DNA of 64,000 nucleotides from an uncultured Acidobacteriaceae bacterium (GTDB lineage Bacteria; Acidobacteriota; Terriglobia; Terriglobales; Acidobacteriaceae), in assembly GCA_963815025.1 (NCBI GenBank), contig CAWFFD010000001.1:1781-65780 (forward strand), read 5' to 3'. The position numbers were made by a program, and so were the translations under genes. Every line of letters begins with the position of its first letter. The first letter of the stretch is position 1. The notes under the pieces are model-generated. The model was not told the DNA's origin. It saw nothing but the letters and a program-made list of their open reading frames with translations, and did not search any database. Shown here one piece after another: positions 44,007 to 52,876 of the stretch.

Positions 44007-44659
44007 ATGATGAGATCGCTCTCGCCTCCGGGTTTGCCGAGCCACAGCAGACGGTCGCTCCTTGTATCACTGGCCGGCGCGGCTCTGGCAACGAAAGCGC
44101 TGGCGTGGAAGTCGGAGAGCGACGCGGAGAGTGTCCGCCGCTTCGTGACGCCGGAATGCGAAGTGCGCATGAGCGTCGAATACTTCGCGAACGCCGCAGC
44201 CGACAGCTTTCGTTTCCGCGATTCCCTCACCAACCGGGCCTTTTGCCTCTCGCCAAATGGAGTAGAAAATAGCGCATGCCAGGCGCGATTTGCCGGCTCC
44301 CTTGCCATCGCCCACTACCATTTCCGCTCTCGCGTCTCACGCGCAGATGCCAATCAATCTCCGGGAACGCGTCCTCACCATCGACCACGACGGACGCATG
44401 GATCCGCGCCCTCCCTTCGAAAAGCTGACGCGCCATTCAAAGCGGCACGGTCAGCGATATCCAGGCCTTCGGCTACAATCCGGACGCGCCGAACCAACCC
44501 AATGGCAAGCCGATTTCCCTCTGGTGCCTCTTGCGCCAGGACCTCTTCCTGAACCAGCAGCCGTCGCCATTTCTCATCGTTCACTGGAAGCACACCTTCG
44601 ACGCCATCACTCTGCTTGACGTGATTCCAGGCGACCGCACCGAGCTGGTCAACGGATAG
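44007..44659 (+). pseudogene. Tat-signal hypothetical protein, needs two +1 frame changes
   Basis: MMRSLSPPGLPSHSRRSLLVSLAGAALATKALA is a twin-arginine signal. GC3 bias follows frame 0, then frame 1 (MPINLRERVLTIDHDGRMDPRPPFEKLT), then frame 2 (RAIQSGTVSDIQAFGYNPDAP...LLDVIPGDRTELVNG, stop at 44657-44659). Minus-strand ORFs here have poor GC3. Confidence 0.5.
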
Positions 44660-44689
44660 TTGACATCGCTCCGCCATTAGTATCACAAT
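44660..44689 (+). promoter_or_regulatory. Possible padR promoter (TTGACA-N18-CACAAT)
   Basis: TTGACA at 44660-44665 and CACAAT at 44684-44689. It overlaps an ATTAGTA...TAATC element related to the one at 43966-43993. Confidence 0.3.
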
Positions 44690-44701
44690 GTGTCTCTAAT
44701 C

Positions 44702-45031
44702 ATGCTAGGCGAATTTGAATATCTGCTGATCAGCACCGCGGCCCGCCTCGGCGAGAACGCCTATGGCGCGGCCATTCGCGAAGGCATCGAGGAGATCGCC
44801 CAGCGCAAGTGCTCCATCGGAGCCCTCTACACCACCATCGAGCGGCTCGAAGCAAAGGGTCTGCTCACCACCTGGATGGGTGAGGCAACTGCTGAGCGTG
44901 GCGGACGCGCCAAGCGCATGGTTCGCGTCACCGGCAAAGGCGCTCGCGCTGCCAAGGAGTTTTACGACGCGGTGATGCGCGTCAGCAGCGGCGCATCGTG
45001 GGCGGCAAACCGAAGTGAAAGACTCTCATGA
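44702..45031 (+). CDS. PadR family transcriptional regulator
   Basis: LGEFEYLLISTAARLGENAYGAAIREGIE...GALYTTIERLEAKGLL is a PadR winged-helix pattern. Confidence 0.88.
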   Translation: MLGEFEYLLISTAARLGENAYGAAIREGIEEIAQRKCSIGALYTTIERLEAKGLLTTWMGEATAERGGRAKRMVRVTGKGARAAKEFYDAVMRVSSGASWAANRSERLS

Positions 45032-45768
45032 CATCCCCTCTGTGGTCTTTGGTGGAATTTGCTGCCGCGCCGCTTGCTCAGCAAGAGCGCGATGCCGCTA
45101 TCGGTGACTCACTCGAGGCCGGCGACAGCGCATGGCAGGCGTTGTCGAGCGTGCTCGGCCTGGTCCTTCGCCGGCAGCTCCTGCTCTGGAAAAGCTGGCG
45201 GCCATGGCTGGCCGTCTTTGGCGTTGGTGTGCCCGGCACCACGCTCCTTATGTACGTATCCGTCTCCGTTACGTGTACCTTTGATCGGCTCATGGGCTTT
45301 CAAATCAGCCGCTGGGCGCCGACCGGCCACGAAGGCTTCGCGCTGCTCCTGTGTCACATCTTTCTCTTGATCGCATGGTCTTGGACCGGCGGCTTTACCC
45401 TCGGCTCGCTCTCCCCACGAACGCTCTGGTTGAACGCCACGCTTGGTTGGTTTCTGGCTCTCTATTTCGCGAATCATTTCCGCCATTTTGGCAGCGAGTC
45501 ACTAGCAAACCTTTCCCCGTATCTGTTTCTGGTGCCCGCCATCTGGGGCATTTGTCAGGGAATACGCACCGTCCGGCTCAGGCTAGGCCCTGCATTCCTT
45601 CTGGCCACCACCATTACGCTGCTGACAACTGCAGCATGGATCGACAACGCGCTCTGGATTCTGAATTGGTTCCTGCTCATCCCCGCGTGGTACCTGGTCG
45701 TGACGGCGCGCCGGGGCGCCCGCGACGAAAGCAGAAGAGTACCGCGTCCCGTTGGGACATCGCTGTAA
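45028..45768 (+). CDS. Membrane protein downstream of PadR, hypothetical
   Basis: ATGA overlap with padR. Several TM segments. Confidence 0.6.
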   Translation: MTSPLWSLVEFAAAPLAQQERDAAIGDSLEAGDSAWQALSSVLGLVLRRQLLLWKSWRPWLAVFGVGVPGTTLLMYVSVSVTCTFDRLMGFQISRWAPTGHEGFALLLCHIFLLIAWSWTGGFTLGSLSPRTLWLNATLGWFLALYFANHFRHFGSESLANLSPYLFLVPAIWGICQGIRTVRLRLGPAFLLATTITLLTTAAWIDNALWILNWFLLIPAWYLVVTARRGARDESRRVPRPVGTSL

Positions 45769-45788
45769 AAGGCACGAGCCGTCGGTTC

Positions 45789-46703
45789 TTACGGTTGAAC
45801 CTTCGCGATAAATGCAAGCATCGCGCCATTGAACCGCTCCGGCCTCTGCAGGGGAGCGAAATGGCTCACGCCAGTCAATGCGACGAACTCCGCGCTCGGA
45901 ATGCTCCGCGCAAGATATTCGGCATGCTCCCGTCGGATGAATTCATCATGCTCGCTATGCACGATCGCGACCGGCACGCGAATCTTCGCCAGATCCTCCG
46001 CTGAGTAGTTGGGCTGTGTTCGCTGCATCAGGCCGACGTCTTCGACGAAGTCGTTGAAGTTCTCCGGCGTTGCCGAGAGTTCGGTATAGTCCTTCCTGTG
46101 TCGGCTAAAACACCGCTCCAGGGCCGGGCTCGACTCAAATGGCTTCACCCCGCTCGGATCCATATTGCAGGCAAAGAAGAACACACCTGCAATACGAGCA
46201 GGATAGGTCGCAGCGAGGATCAAAGCCGTGCACGCCCCGTCACTCCAGCCCACCACGGTTGTCTTTGACAGTTGCAACGCGTCCATCACCGCTAAAGCAT
46301 CGGACGCCATCAACTCATAGGAGTACGGCCGCTCGTCACGCGTACTCCGGCCGTGGCCACGGCTGTCGATCAGCACGGCACGATAGCCGCCCCGAATGAG
46401 AGCCGGAACCTGGTGGCCCCAGTTCCCACTGTGGCCTAGTCCGCCATGCAGCAGGATTACCGTTGAGCCACACCCACCCAGACCCGCACCGGCCGCAGAC
46501 CCCGCGGTGTAAGTGCTGTACCAGATCCGCGCCCCATCATGCTCGACATAGCCTTGGTCGTCCGCGACCGGTAACGCCACGGCGCCCTCCGCCTCGAACT
46601 TCCTAAGCTCGTCGTCCTGAACTTCCACCTTCTTAACTTCCACGTTCTGAAATTCCACGTCCCGAACTTCCACGTCCTGAACTTCCACGTCCTGAACTTC
46701 CAT
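45789..46703 (-). CDS. Alpha/beta hydrolase with an N-terminal (EVQDV)n pentapeptide repeat
   Basis: LLHGGLGHSGNW, nucleophile elbow GWSDGA and late SHF... Start at ATG 46703 gives MEVQDVEVQDVEVRDVEFQNVEVKKVEVQDD. Confidence 0.8.
   Translation of the reverse strand: MEVQDVEVQDVEVRDVEFQNVEVKKVEVQDDELRKFEAEGAVALPVADDQGYVEHDGARIWYSTYTAGSAAGAGLGGCGSTVILLHGGLGHSGNWGHQVPALIRGGYRAVLIDSRGHGRSTRDERPYSYELMASDALAVMDALQLSKTTVVGWSDGACTALILAATYPARIAGVFFFACNMDPSGVKPFESSPALERCFSRHRKDYTELSATPENFNDFVEDVGLMQRTQPNYSAEDLAKIRVPVAIVHSEHDEFIRREHAEYLARSIPSAEFVALTGVSHFAPLQRPERFNGAMLAFIAKVQP
46595..46703. repeat. 15-nt tandem repeat (GAACTTCCACGTCCT-like), about 6-7 copies, in frame at the 5' end of the hydrolase gene
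   Basis: Units at 46619, 46634, 46649, 46664 and 46679, with a partial unit at 46694. The two central units are identical. Confidence 0.85.
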
Positions 46704-46759
46704 CCGATCTCCGCAGAGGATAGCGGCACTTCGCCACGCAATGGTTCTTGCCTGACCAC

Positions 46760-47686
46760 TCAACTCTTCAACATGTTCTTTGCCAGGAAGATCACATTCG
46801 CCGGCCGCTCCGCCAGCCGCCGCATGAAGTAGGGATACCACTCCGTGCCGAACGGCACATACACCCGTACCCGGTAACCCTCTTCCACGAGCGCCCGCTG
46901 CAGATCGCGGCGCACCCCGTAGAGCATCTGGAACTCGAAGGCCGACCGCGGTATCCTCTGCTTCTTGACGAAAGCGCGCGTCGCCTCCACCATCTTTTCG
47001 TCGTGCGTCGCGATCCCGTGAAAGAGCCCGCTGTCCACCAGGATCTCCGCCAATCGGACGAAGTTTTCATCCACCTGCGCCTTCGCCGGAAACGCCTTGT
47101 CCGCCGGCTCCTGGTACGCCCCCTTGCACAGCCGGATGCGGATGCCATCCTTCAGCAGCAGCCCGATATCCGCCTGGCTGCGGTAGAGATACGCCTGGAT
47201 CACGATCCCGACGTGCCCCTCGTTTCCCGGCTCGGCGTGGATGCGGCGCACCATGTCGATCGTCGCCTGGGTGTACTCGCTACCCTCCATGTCCACGCGA
47301 ACAAAACTTCCCGTGGCCCGCGCGTGCTCTGTCATCTCGCGGACAATGCGCTCGGCCAGCAGCGGATCCAGATCCATGCCCATCTGCGTGAGCTTCACGC
47401 TCACATTCGCATCCAGATGCTGCTCGCGAATCGCATCCAGCAGTTCGTGATAGATGGCCGCCGAACGAAAGGCTTCCTCGGGCGAGTGAACGTTTTCTCC
47501 CAGACTGTCGAGCGTGACTGAGATGCCCTGCTCGTTCAGCGCGGCAGCAGCGCGCAGAGCATCGTCCGTGTGCATCCCCGCGACAAATCGCGAAGAAAGG
47601 CGCCGCCCCATCGACGAGCCTTCAGAGAAATGACGGATAGAGCGATTGCGTGAAAGTGCAATGAATGTGCTTCTTAAAAAAGGCAT
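46760..47686 (-). CDS. Proline dehydrogenase (monofunctional PutA-like)
   Basis: VSVKLTQMG, VRVDMEGS, IRLCKGAY, THD and YVPFG..W..Y..RRLAERPAN motifs. Confidence 0.88.
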   Translation of the reverse strand: MPFLRSTFIALSRNRSIRHFSEGSSMGRRLSSRFVAGMHTDDALRAAAALNEQGISVTLDSLGENVHSPEEAFRSAAIYHELLDAIREQHLDANVSVKLTQMGMDLDPLLAERIVREMTEHARATGSFVRVDMEGSEYTQATIDMVRRIHAEPGNEGHVGIVIQAYLYRSQADIGLLLKDGIRIRLCKGAYQEPADKAFPAKAQVDENFVRLAEILVDSGLFHGIATHDEKMVEATRAFVKKQRIPRSAFEFQMLYGVRRDLQRALVEEGYRVRVYVPFGTEWYPYFMRRLAERPANVIFLAKNMLKS

Positions 47687-47969
47687 ATCGGGTGAACTGC
47701 AACCCGTGATCCTCGCACAGGTCACGCCACTCCTGCAAAAGTGTTGGCTGAGATTGCATTGCGCTTACAGTTATCGCTTCGCTTCCCAACGTGCATCGTT
47801 GACTACGATTTCTGAAGACAACTGTGGCAATTTAGGAGCATCCTAATCATGTAGCGCAAGGCTAAGAAGATATCGGGCGCGCACCTCTCCCGGCGCGCAA
47901 TGCAGCTACACTCCAGACGTTCAAACCGCGGAACCACAGGCTGCTGTGGCTTTCGCTGAGGGTCCCCCC

Positions 47970-48245
47970 ATGGTCAACCATTGCGCGAATCCACAGTGCT
48001 GCAAGCCGCTCCACTACCTGCGGGAGGGCAGAGTGTACGTGTTCGACGTGACGCAGACGGTGTCAGGAAGTAGCGAACGGACCGCCCGCCGCATGGAACA
48101 CTTCTGGCTCTGCGGTGCTTGCTGCGAAACCTACTTGCTCGAGCAGGTGGAAGACCGGACTGTACGCATCAGCCCCCGTCCGCAGCGCCCGGTCACTGCT
48201 TCCGCGGTCCTGCCATACAAGGCGCCGCACTCGATCGCGTCCTGA
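47970..48245 (+). CDS. Small Cys-rich (CxxC...CxxC) hypothetical protein
   Basis: MVNHCANPQCCKPLHYLREGRVYVFD...FWLCGACC. Looks like a zinc-ribbon. Confidence 0.5.
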   Translation: MVNHCANPQCCKPLHYLREGRVYVFDVTQTVSGSSERTARRMEHFWLCGACCETYLLEQVEDRTVRISPRPQRPVTASAVLPYKAPHSIAS

Positions 48246-48252
48246 CCGCCAT

Positions 48253-49074
48253 CTACTTGCGCTGGGCCGCTATCGGCCGCGCTGCCACCGTGGCTTCTAC
48301 CATCATTGCGATCGGCTGGCGCCGGTAGCGCCCACGCAGAGCACTCCAACGCACGTAGACCAGCTCCAGCAGCATCTGCATGCCGTCTCGTAGGTAACTG
48401 ATACGGCTACGTTCATCGTGCCCCCAGGTGACGGGTACCTCGCTGATCCGCAACCCGCGTTTCATCCCGATGAACAGAATCTCCGGGTCAAACCCCCAGC
48501 GCTCAATCCGCTGCAGGCCAAAGACCAGTTGCGCTGCCTCATGCCGGAAGGCCTTGAAGCCGCACTGCGTATCCGCAAATGGCAGCCGCATGATGGTCCG
48601 GGTCAGCGCGTTGAAACATCGCCCGAAAATCCGTCGGTAGAGCGGCTGGGCGTGCACAATGCGGCGCCCGATCAGCCAGCGCGAGCCGATTGCGATATCC
48701 GCCCCGCCGTCAATCGCCGCAAAAAGCCGCTCTGCCTCTTCGATAGGAGAGGACAGGTCCGCATCGGTAAACATCACGATCTCGCCCGCTGCGCGCAGCA
48801 TGCCGTTGCGCACGCTGTAACCCTTCCCGCGATTGCGCCCGTTCTGGATCAGCCGCACCTCCGGATGCTCTCGTCTCCACAATTCGACCAGGGCCGCCGT
48901 GTTGTCGGTCGAACCGTCGTCCACCACCAGTACCTCGGCATCCCACCCGCGCGACCGGATGCAGCCGCTCACCGAGGACAGGGCGCCCTCAATACGCGCC
49001 GTCTCGTTATACGCGGGGATCACGATGCTGTACCGGGGATGGCTCAAGCGGCACGCCTCCAGGCGCTTTTTCAC
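48253..49074 (-). CDS. Family 2 glycosyltransferase (dolichyl/polyprenyl-phosphate glycosyltransferase-like)
   Basis: IVIPAYNE, VVDDGSTDNT and FTDADLS motifs. Confidence 0.85.
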   Translation of the reverse strand: MKKRLEACRLSHPRYSIVIPAYNETARIEGALSSVSGCIRSRGWDAEVLVVDDGSTDNTAALVELWRREHPEVRLIQNGRNRGKGYSVRNGMLRAAGEIVMFTDADLSSPIEEAERLFAAIDGGADIAIGSRWLIGRRIVHAQPLYRRIFGRCFNALTRTIMRLPFADTQCGFKAFRHEAAQLVFGLQRIERWGFDPEILFIGMKRGLRISEVPVTWGHDERSRISYLRDGMQMLLELVYVRWSALRGRYRRQPIAMMVEATVAARPIAAQRK

Positions 49075-49264
49075 ATAATATTCCAGAGAAGGGCTTCCTC
49101 AGCGGATGCTTTGTATGGAACGCCGGGATATCAACAAGATATATCCCAGCAAAACGAGGAGCGGTTCGATTTTGTCGTACGGAAGGCGCTATCCCGCATC
49201 TATCATTGGGGTTGCAGCGTTTTGTGAAGTTGCTTGGGGTGAATTTGTCTGGAGCCGCCACGAA

Positions 49265-49558
49265 ATGACCAAAGCCGATCTCGTCGAAGAAGTCACACAA
49301 ATTGGAGATTTGACCCGCCGCGACGGCGAAGTCGTCGTCGACACCGTCTTTGACGCCGTCATCCAGGCGTTGCAGGCCGGGGACAAGATCGAGATCCGGG
49401 GCTTCGGCAGCTTCCGCATCCGCCAGCGCAAGCCGCGGACCGGCCGCAATCCCAAGACCGGCGACAAGGTCGAAGTCCCGGCCAAGCGCGTCCCCTACTT
49501 CAAGCCCAGCAAGGAGTTACGCGACCTCGTCAACCCCAAGGCCGCGGAGAATCAATAG
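49265..49558 (+). CDS. HU/IHF family DNA-binding protein (IHF beta-like)
   Basis: IEIRGFGSFRIRQRKPRTGRNPKTGDKVEVPAKRVPYFKPSKELR. Confidence 0.9.
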   Translation: MTKADLVEEVTQIGDLTRRDGEVVVDTVFDAVIQALQAGDKIEIRGFGSFRIRQRKPRTGRNPKTGDKVEVPAKRVPYFKPSKELRDLVNPKAAENQ

Positions 49559-49574
49559 CTGGGTTGCCGCCAAA

Positions 49575-49812
49575 CCAGAAGTGAGCGACCAAAGGAAGCG
49601 AACCCCTCAACCCACGCCGAAGGCGCATCGCCGGTGCGGCCAGCACCGCGTCAGCCCAAACCCCAGGGCCAAGGCGAGAGCGGCGCGGGCAAAGCATAGC
49701 GACGAGCCCTGCAGTTTTGCGCCCAGTCCACGAAACCAGAAGTGAGCGACCAAAGGGAGCGAACCCCTCAACCCGCGCCAAAGGCGCGTCCGCCCGTGCG
49801 GCCAGCACCGCT
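49575..49812. repeat. Two direct copies (161-bp period) of repeat module B with a module-A-like spacer, copies 7 and 8
   Basis: CCAGAAGTGAGCGACCAAAGGAAGCGAACCCCTCAACCC...GCGGCCAGCACCG occurs at 49575-49649 and again at 49735-49810. A partial third GGTGCGGCTAGCACC lies at 49818-49832. Confidence 0.75.
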
Positions 49813-49825
49813 TCAGCCGGTGCGG

Positions 49826-50891
49826 CTAGCACCCGATCACAGCCATCATCCGCCCGCAGAATCCATGCTCCGCCCGATAGGAAAAGAACGTCTCCGGCTC
49901 GCAATTGGTGCAGCGATATGCGGTCGCAATCGACTTCGCGGGTAGCCCGGCATCCAGCAACTGCCGCCGGTTCGCCTCGATCAGGTCCAGATGCAGATTC
50001 GGACCCATATTGCTGTGCCCTGGCGCTCGCGCGGTAAGAAACAACAGCGGATACTTCTCTTTCACCGGATCCGAGTCGTAGACCTCGGAGAACAGCTCCG
50101 CCGCATAGCTGAACTGCGACAGAAATTCACTCCGCACCTCTTCGCCCACGGCATAGCAGCAGGCGCCGATCGCCGGACCGATCGCGGCCTCCAGCTCTTC
50201 CGGATGGCTGCCGAACTCCAGCCGCATCTTCCCGATGCCACCCTCCACGATGCGCTTCAAGCGTGCCACGCCAGCCGGCGTGAAATGCGGCAACGGCATG
50301 CGTCCGCCGGTCCCGCACCAGCACCGGCACGCAATCGGCCGTCTGGATGCCCAGCACGACCTCCGGATCGTCGGTCATCAGCCCATCCGCGCGCATCAGG
50401 CCATGCTTCTCCGGCCGCTCTGCATCCGCCCGCGTCACCCGCCGCGTCAGGTTGGAGTGGATCTGCTTCAGCGTCACCAGCGTCCGGCCCTCCGCCCCGG
50501 CCGCCGCCAGCAGCAGGCGCCGATTCTCGATGACATTTGCCGCTTCATCGGAGTCCGTGAGACCCAGATTCATCTCACCCGGACTCATCTCGCCCGCAGT
50601 GCTCTCATCGCGGCTGTAAGCAGTCGAAAGCCCGCCGCGCCGGGTGCTGAAGGCATGCGGCACGAGCGTCTTTTGCCAGCGCGGCACCGCCAGCACCTCC
50701 ACCGCGCCATCCCGATGAACAGCCAGCTCCGTCGCCGGAGTTTCGATCAACGCATCCGGCTCCTGGCGCACATAGCGAGGCGTGTCCCGCCGGATCAGCC
50801 GGCGCCCATGCTTCAACCCAACCCCGGCCAACAGGTCGTCGACGGCGCCAATCGCCTCTGCAGTATTCGCTCTCTCAACTTTGCGTGGCAT
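49826..50891 (-). pseudogene. pgeF: Peptidoglycan editing factor PgeF (YfiH/laccase-domain protein) with one frameshift near 50258
   Basis: FSTRRGG, TADCVPV and HAGWRGT lie in ORF 50127-50918. The sequence continues as RIVEGGIGKM...CCYAVGEEV...CTNCEPETFFSYR in ORF 49826-50299, in a different frame. Confidence 0.8.
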
Positions 50892-51157
50892 CTGCTTCGA
50901 TTCTACGAGGCGCGGCAATCGACGCGGGCAGGAACGCCCCAGACGAGCGAAGGGCCCGCTTTCTGGCGGGCCCGCTCAAGAGGCTTGGATGGGATGTCTG
51001 ATAAAGAAGCTGGATGAGGGCAATCGCCCTCGACAACGAGGTTGGCGCAACGTGGAAGGTCTTTGCTGCTGGAAGTAGCCTCTGTTCTTGCAAAATGAGA
51101 GGACATCCGACCGGGGAAGGTTGCCGTCCTAGAAAAAATATTCTCGGCCTCACTTCT

Positions 51158-51469
51158 CTAGGCCAGCGCCGTCCCCAACAGCGACTTCAATGACGCAATA
51201 TAGCGCTCCAGCGCCGTGCGTCCAGCCTCCGTCATCCGGTACAGCGTCACCGGCTTGCGTGCCACAAATTTCTTCTCCATCGCCACATACCCAGCCTCTT
51301 CCAGCTTCAGCAGGTGCGCGCCCAGGTTGCCGTCGGTCGAGCCGGTCTTCTCCCGCAGCCAGGTAAACTCCGCCTCCTCTACCCCGGAGAGCAGCGACAG
51401 CAGCGCCAGCCGCATCTTCCCGTGGACTACCGGATCCAGCTCTGGCAACTGGTTCGGCAGCTCAGGCAT
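51158..51469 (-). CDS. Winged-helix transcriptional regulator (HTH_34/MarR-like)
   Basis: VHGKMRLALLSLL...TDGNLGAHLLKLEEAGYV...KPVTLYRMTEAGR. Confidence 0.8.
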   Translation of the reverse strand: MPELPNQLPELDPVVHGKMRLALLSLLSGVEEAEFTWLREKTGSTDGNLGAHLLKLEEAGYVAMEKKFVARKPVTLYRMTEAGRTALERYIASLKSLLGTALA

Positions 51470-52097
51470 GTTGCACCTCGCCGCCCCGCGCCCGCGCCTT
51501 GTCCCGGCTCTCCCGGATCATCAGGTACGTCCCGAAGCCGATGTTGCACACCAGCACTGCCCCCAGAAAGACATAGGCGACATCATTGTTCGTAGGAACA
51601 AAACACGTCGCAATCGCGGCTACCCACCAGAGCGCGCCCACCACGATCTGCGTGCTCCAGCGCAGCATGCTCCCGGCGGCCACGTGCGCGATGCCCAGCA
51701 TCGCCTCGATCGCCGCCATGAACGAATGCGCTTCGAAGTGCCCGCTGTACGCAGCGGGAAAGGCGAAGACGAAGATGCCCCAGCCCATCGCCATCCACAC
51801 CATTCCCAGCGCGCGGCTCCGCTCCGTCTTTGGCTCATACTGCATACGCCTGCGGGCAATCACGACCGTCAGTAGCACTGCAAAGATCATCGTGATCGGC
51901 CACGCCAGCATGCGCGCCGGCAGAAAGCTGGACCATCCCACAGCAATCAGATACGCAATCCCCCAGAGCAGAAAATTCCATCCCCAGTATTCGGTGCGCC
52001 TGCGACCCTCGCGCATCATCGATTCAATCAGCGCGATGCGCTCGCCGATCTCCCGCTCGTTCATCGGGCTTCCGCCGGTGTTTTCATCCACGTTCAT
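51462..52097 (-). CDS. Membrane protein, hypothetical
   Basis: About 5-6 TM segments. An 8-nt overlap (ATGCCTGA) with the downstream wHTH gene. Confidence 0.6.
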   Translation of the reverse strand: MNVDENTGGSPMNEREIGERIALIESMMREGRRRTEYWGWNFLLWGIAYLIAVGWSSFLPARMLAWPITMIFAVLLTVVIARRRMQYEPKTERSRALGMVWMAMGWGIFVFAFPAAYSGHFEAHSFMAAIEAMLGIAHVAAGSMLRWSTQIVVGALWWVAAIATCFVPTNNDVAYVFLGAVLVCNIGFGTYLMIRESRDKARARGGEVQHA

Positions 52098-52124
52098 CTC
52101 AGCTCCCTCTCTCGCTCTCGCAAT

Positions 52125-52865
52125 TCACAGCGCTACTTGTTTCTCCGCGCCTCGCGCATTCCATCGCCCCAGCAGCAGTACCAGGACAGTCGCTCCGATG
52201 CAGCCCCACATCAATATGCGGTTGCTCCCGGTTGCCACGAACAACACAAACGCCAACGCGAAGCCCCACATGAATATCTCTCCCAAAAACGCCTGACCCC
52301 ACCGCGGCAGCATGCCGCTTGACGGCACGCGCGGCCGCAGGCTCGGAATCATGCGCGGCACTGCCGCAAGATAGCGGCGATAGCTTTCACCCTGCGTGGC
52401 CGTAAGCGCTCGCTCCTCGCGCAGCGTCAGCCGGTATTGGAAGATCGTGACCGCCAGCACCAGCACCACGAAGCCGCTCCGGCTGGCCGCGAGGGCGATT
52501 CCGAAGGCCATCAGAATCACTCCCAGATAGAGCGGATTGCGCAGATACCGGTAAGGCCCATCGGCCACCAGGCGGTCGTCGTGTACGCGCGGATCGTGCA
52601 CCACGCTGCTGCGCATATACGCTGCGGCCCAGGTGCGCAGCGCCGCGGCCCCGAGCGCAGCCGCTGCCCCGATCCAGAAGATCAGGCTCTCGGTCGCGTG
52701 CACATTGCCGCCCGCCGGCGTCAACCACCCAGCCAGCGCCCCGGCCGCCGAGACATGATCCCATTGATAGAGCTGGAAGGCCGCAAAGAAGATCGCCGCA
52801 ATAATCCATGGCCGGATGCGATATTCGACATCCCCCGCCGCCAGCCAGTTCGGTTCGTTGCCCAT
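52125..52865 (-). CDS. Isoprenylcysteine carboxyl methyltransferase (ICMT)/phospholipid methyltransferase-family membrane protein
   Basis: LVADGPYRYLRNPLYLGVILMAFG and EERAL....GESYRRYLAAVPR motifs. Start at ATG 52865. Confidence 0.78.
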   Translation of the reverse strand: MGNEPNWLAAGDVEYRIRPWIIAAIFFAAFQLYQWDHVSAAGALAGWLTPAGGNVHATESLIFWIGAAAALGAAALRTWAAAYMRSSVVHDPRVHDDRLVADGPYRYLRNPLYLGVILMAFGIALAASRSGFVVLVLAVTIFQYRLTLREERALTATQGESYRRYLAAVPRMIPSLRPRVPSSGMLPRWGQAFLGEIFMWGFALAFVLFVATGSNRILMWGCIGATVLVLLLGRWNARGAEKQVAL

Positions 52866-52876
52866 CGCGTTTCCTC

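Noticed and set aside
43988-44686. Minus-strand ORFs 43988-44308 and 44375-44686 as real genes
   Set aside because: Third-codon-position GC bias clearly follows the plus strand across three successive frames. The plus-strand product also starts with a convincing Tat signal. The minus-strand products show no motifs I recognise.
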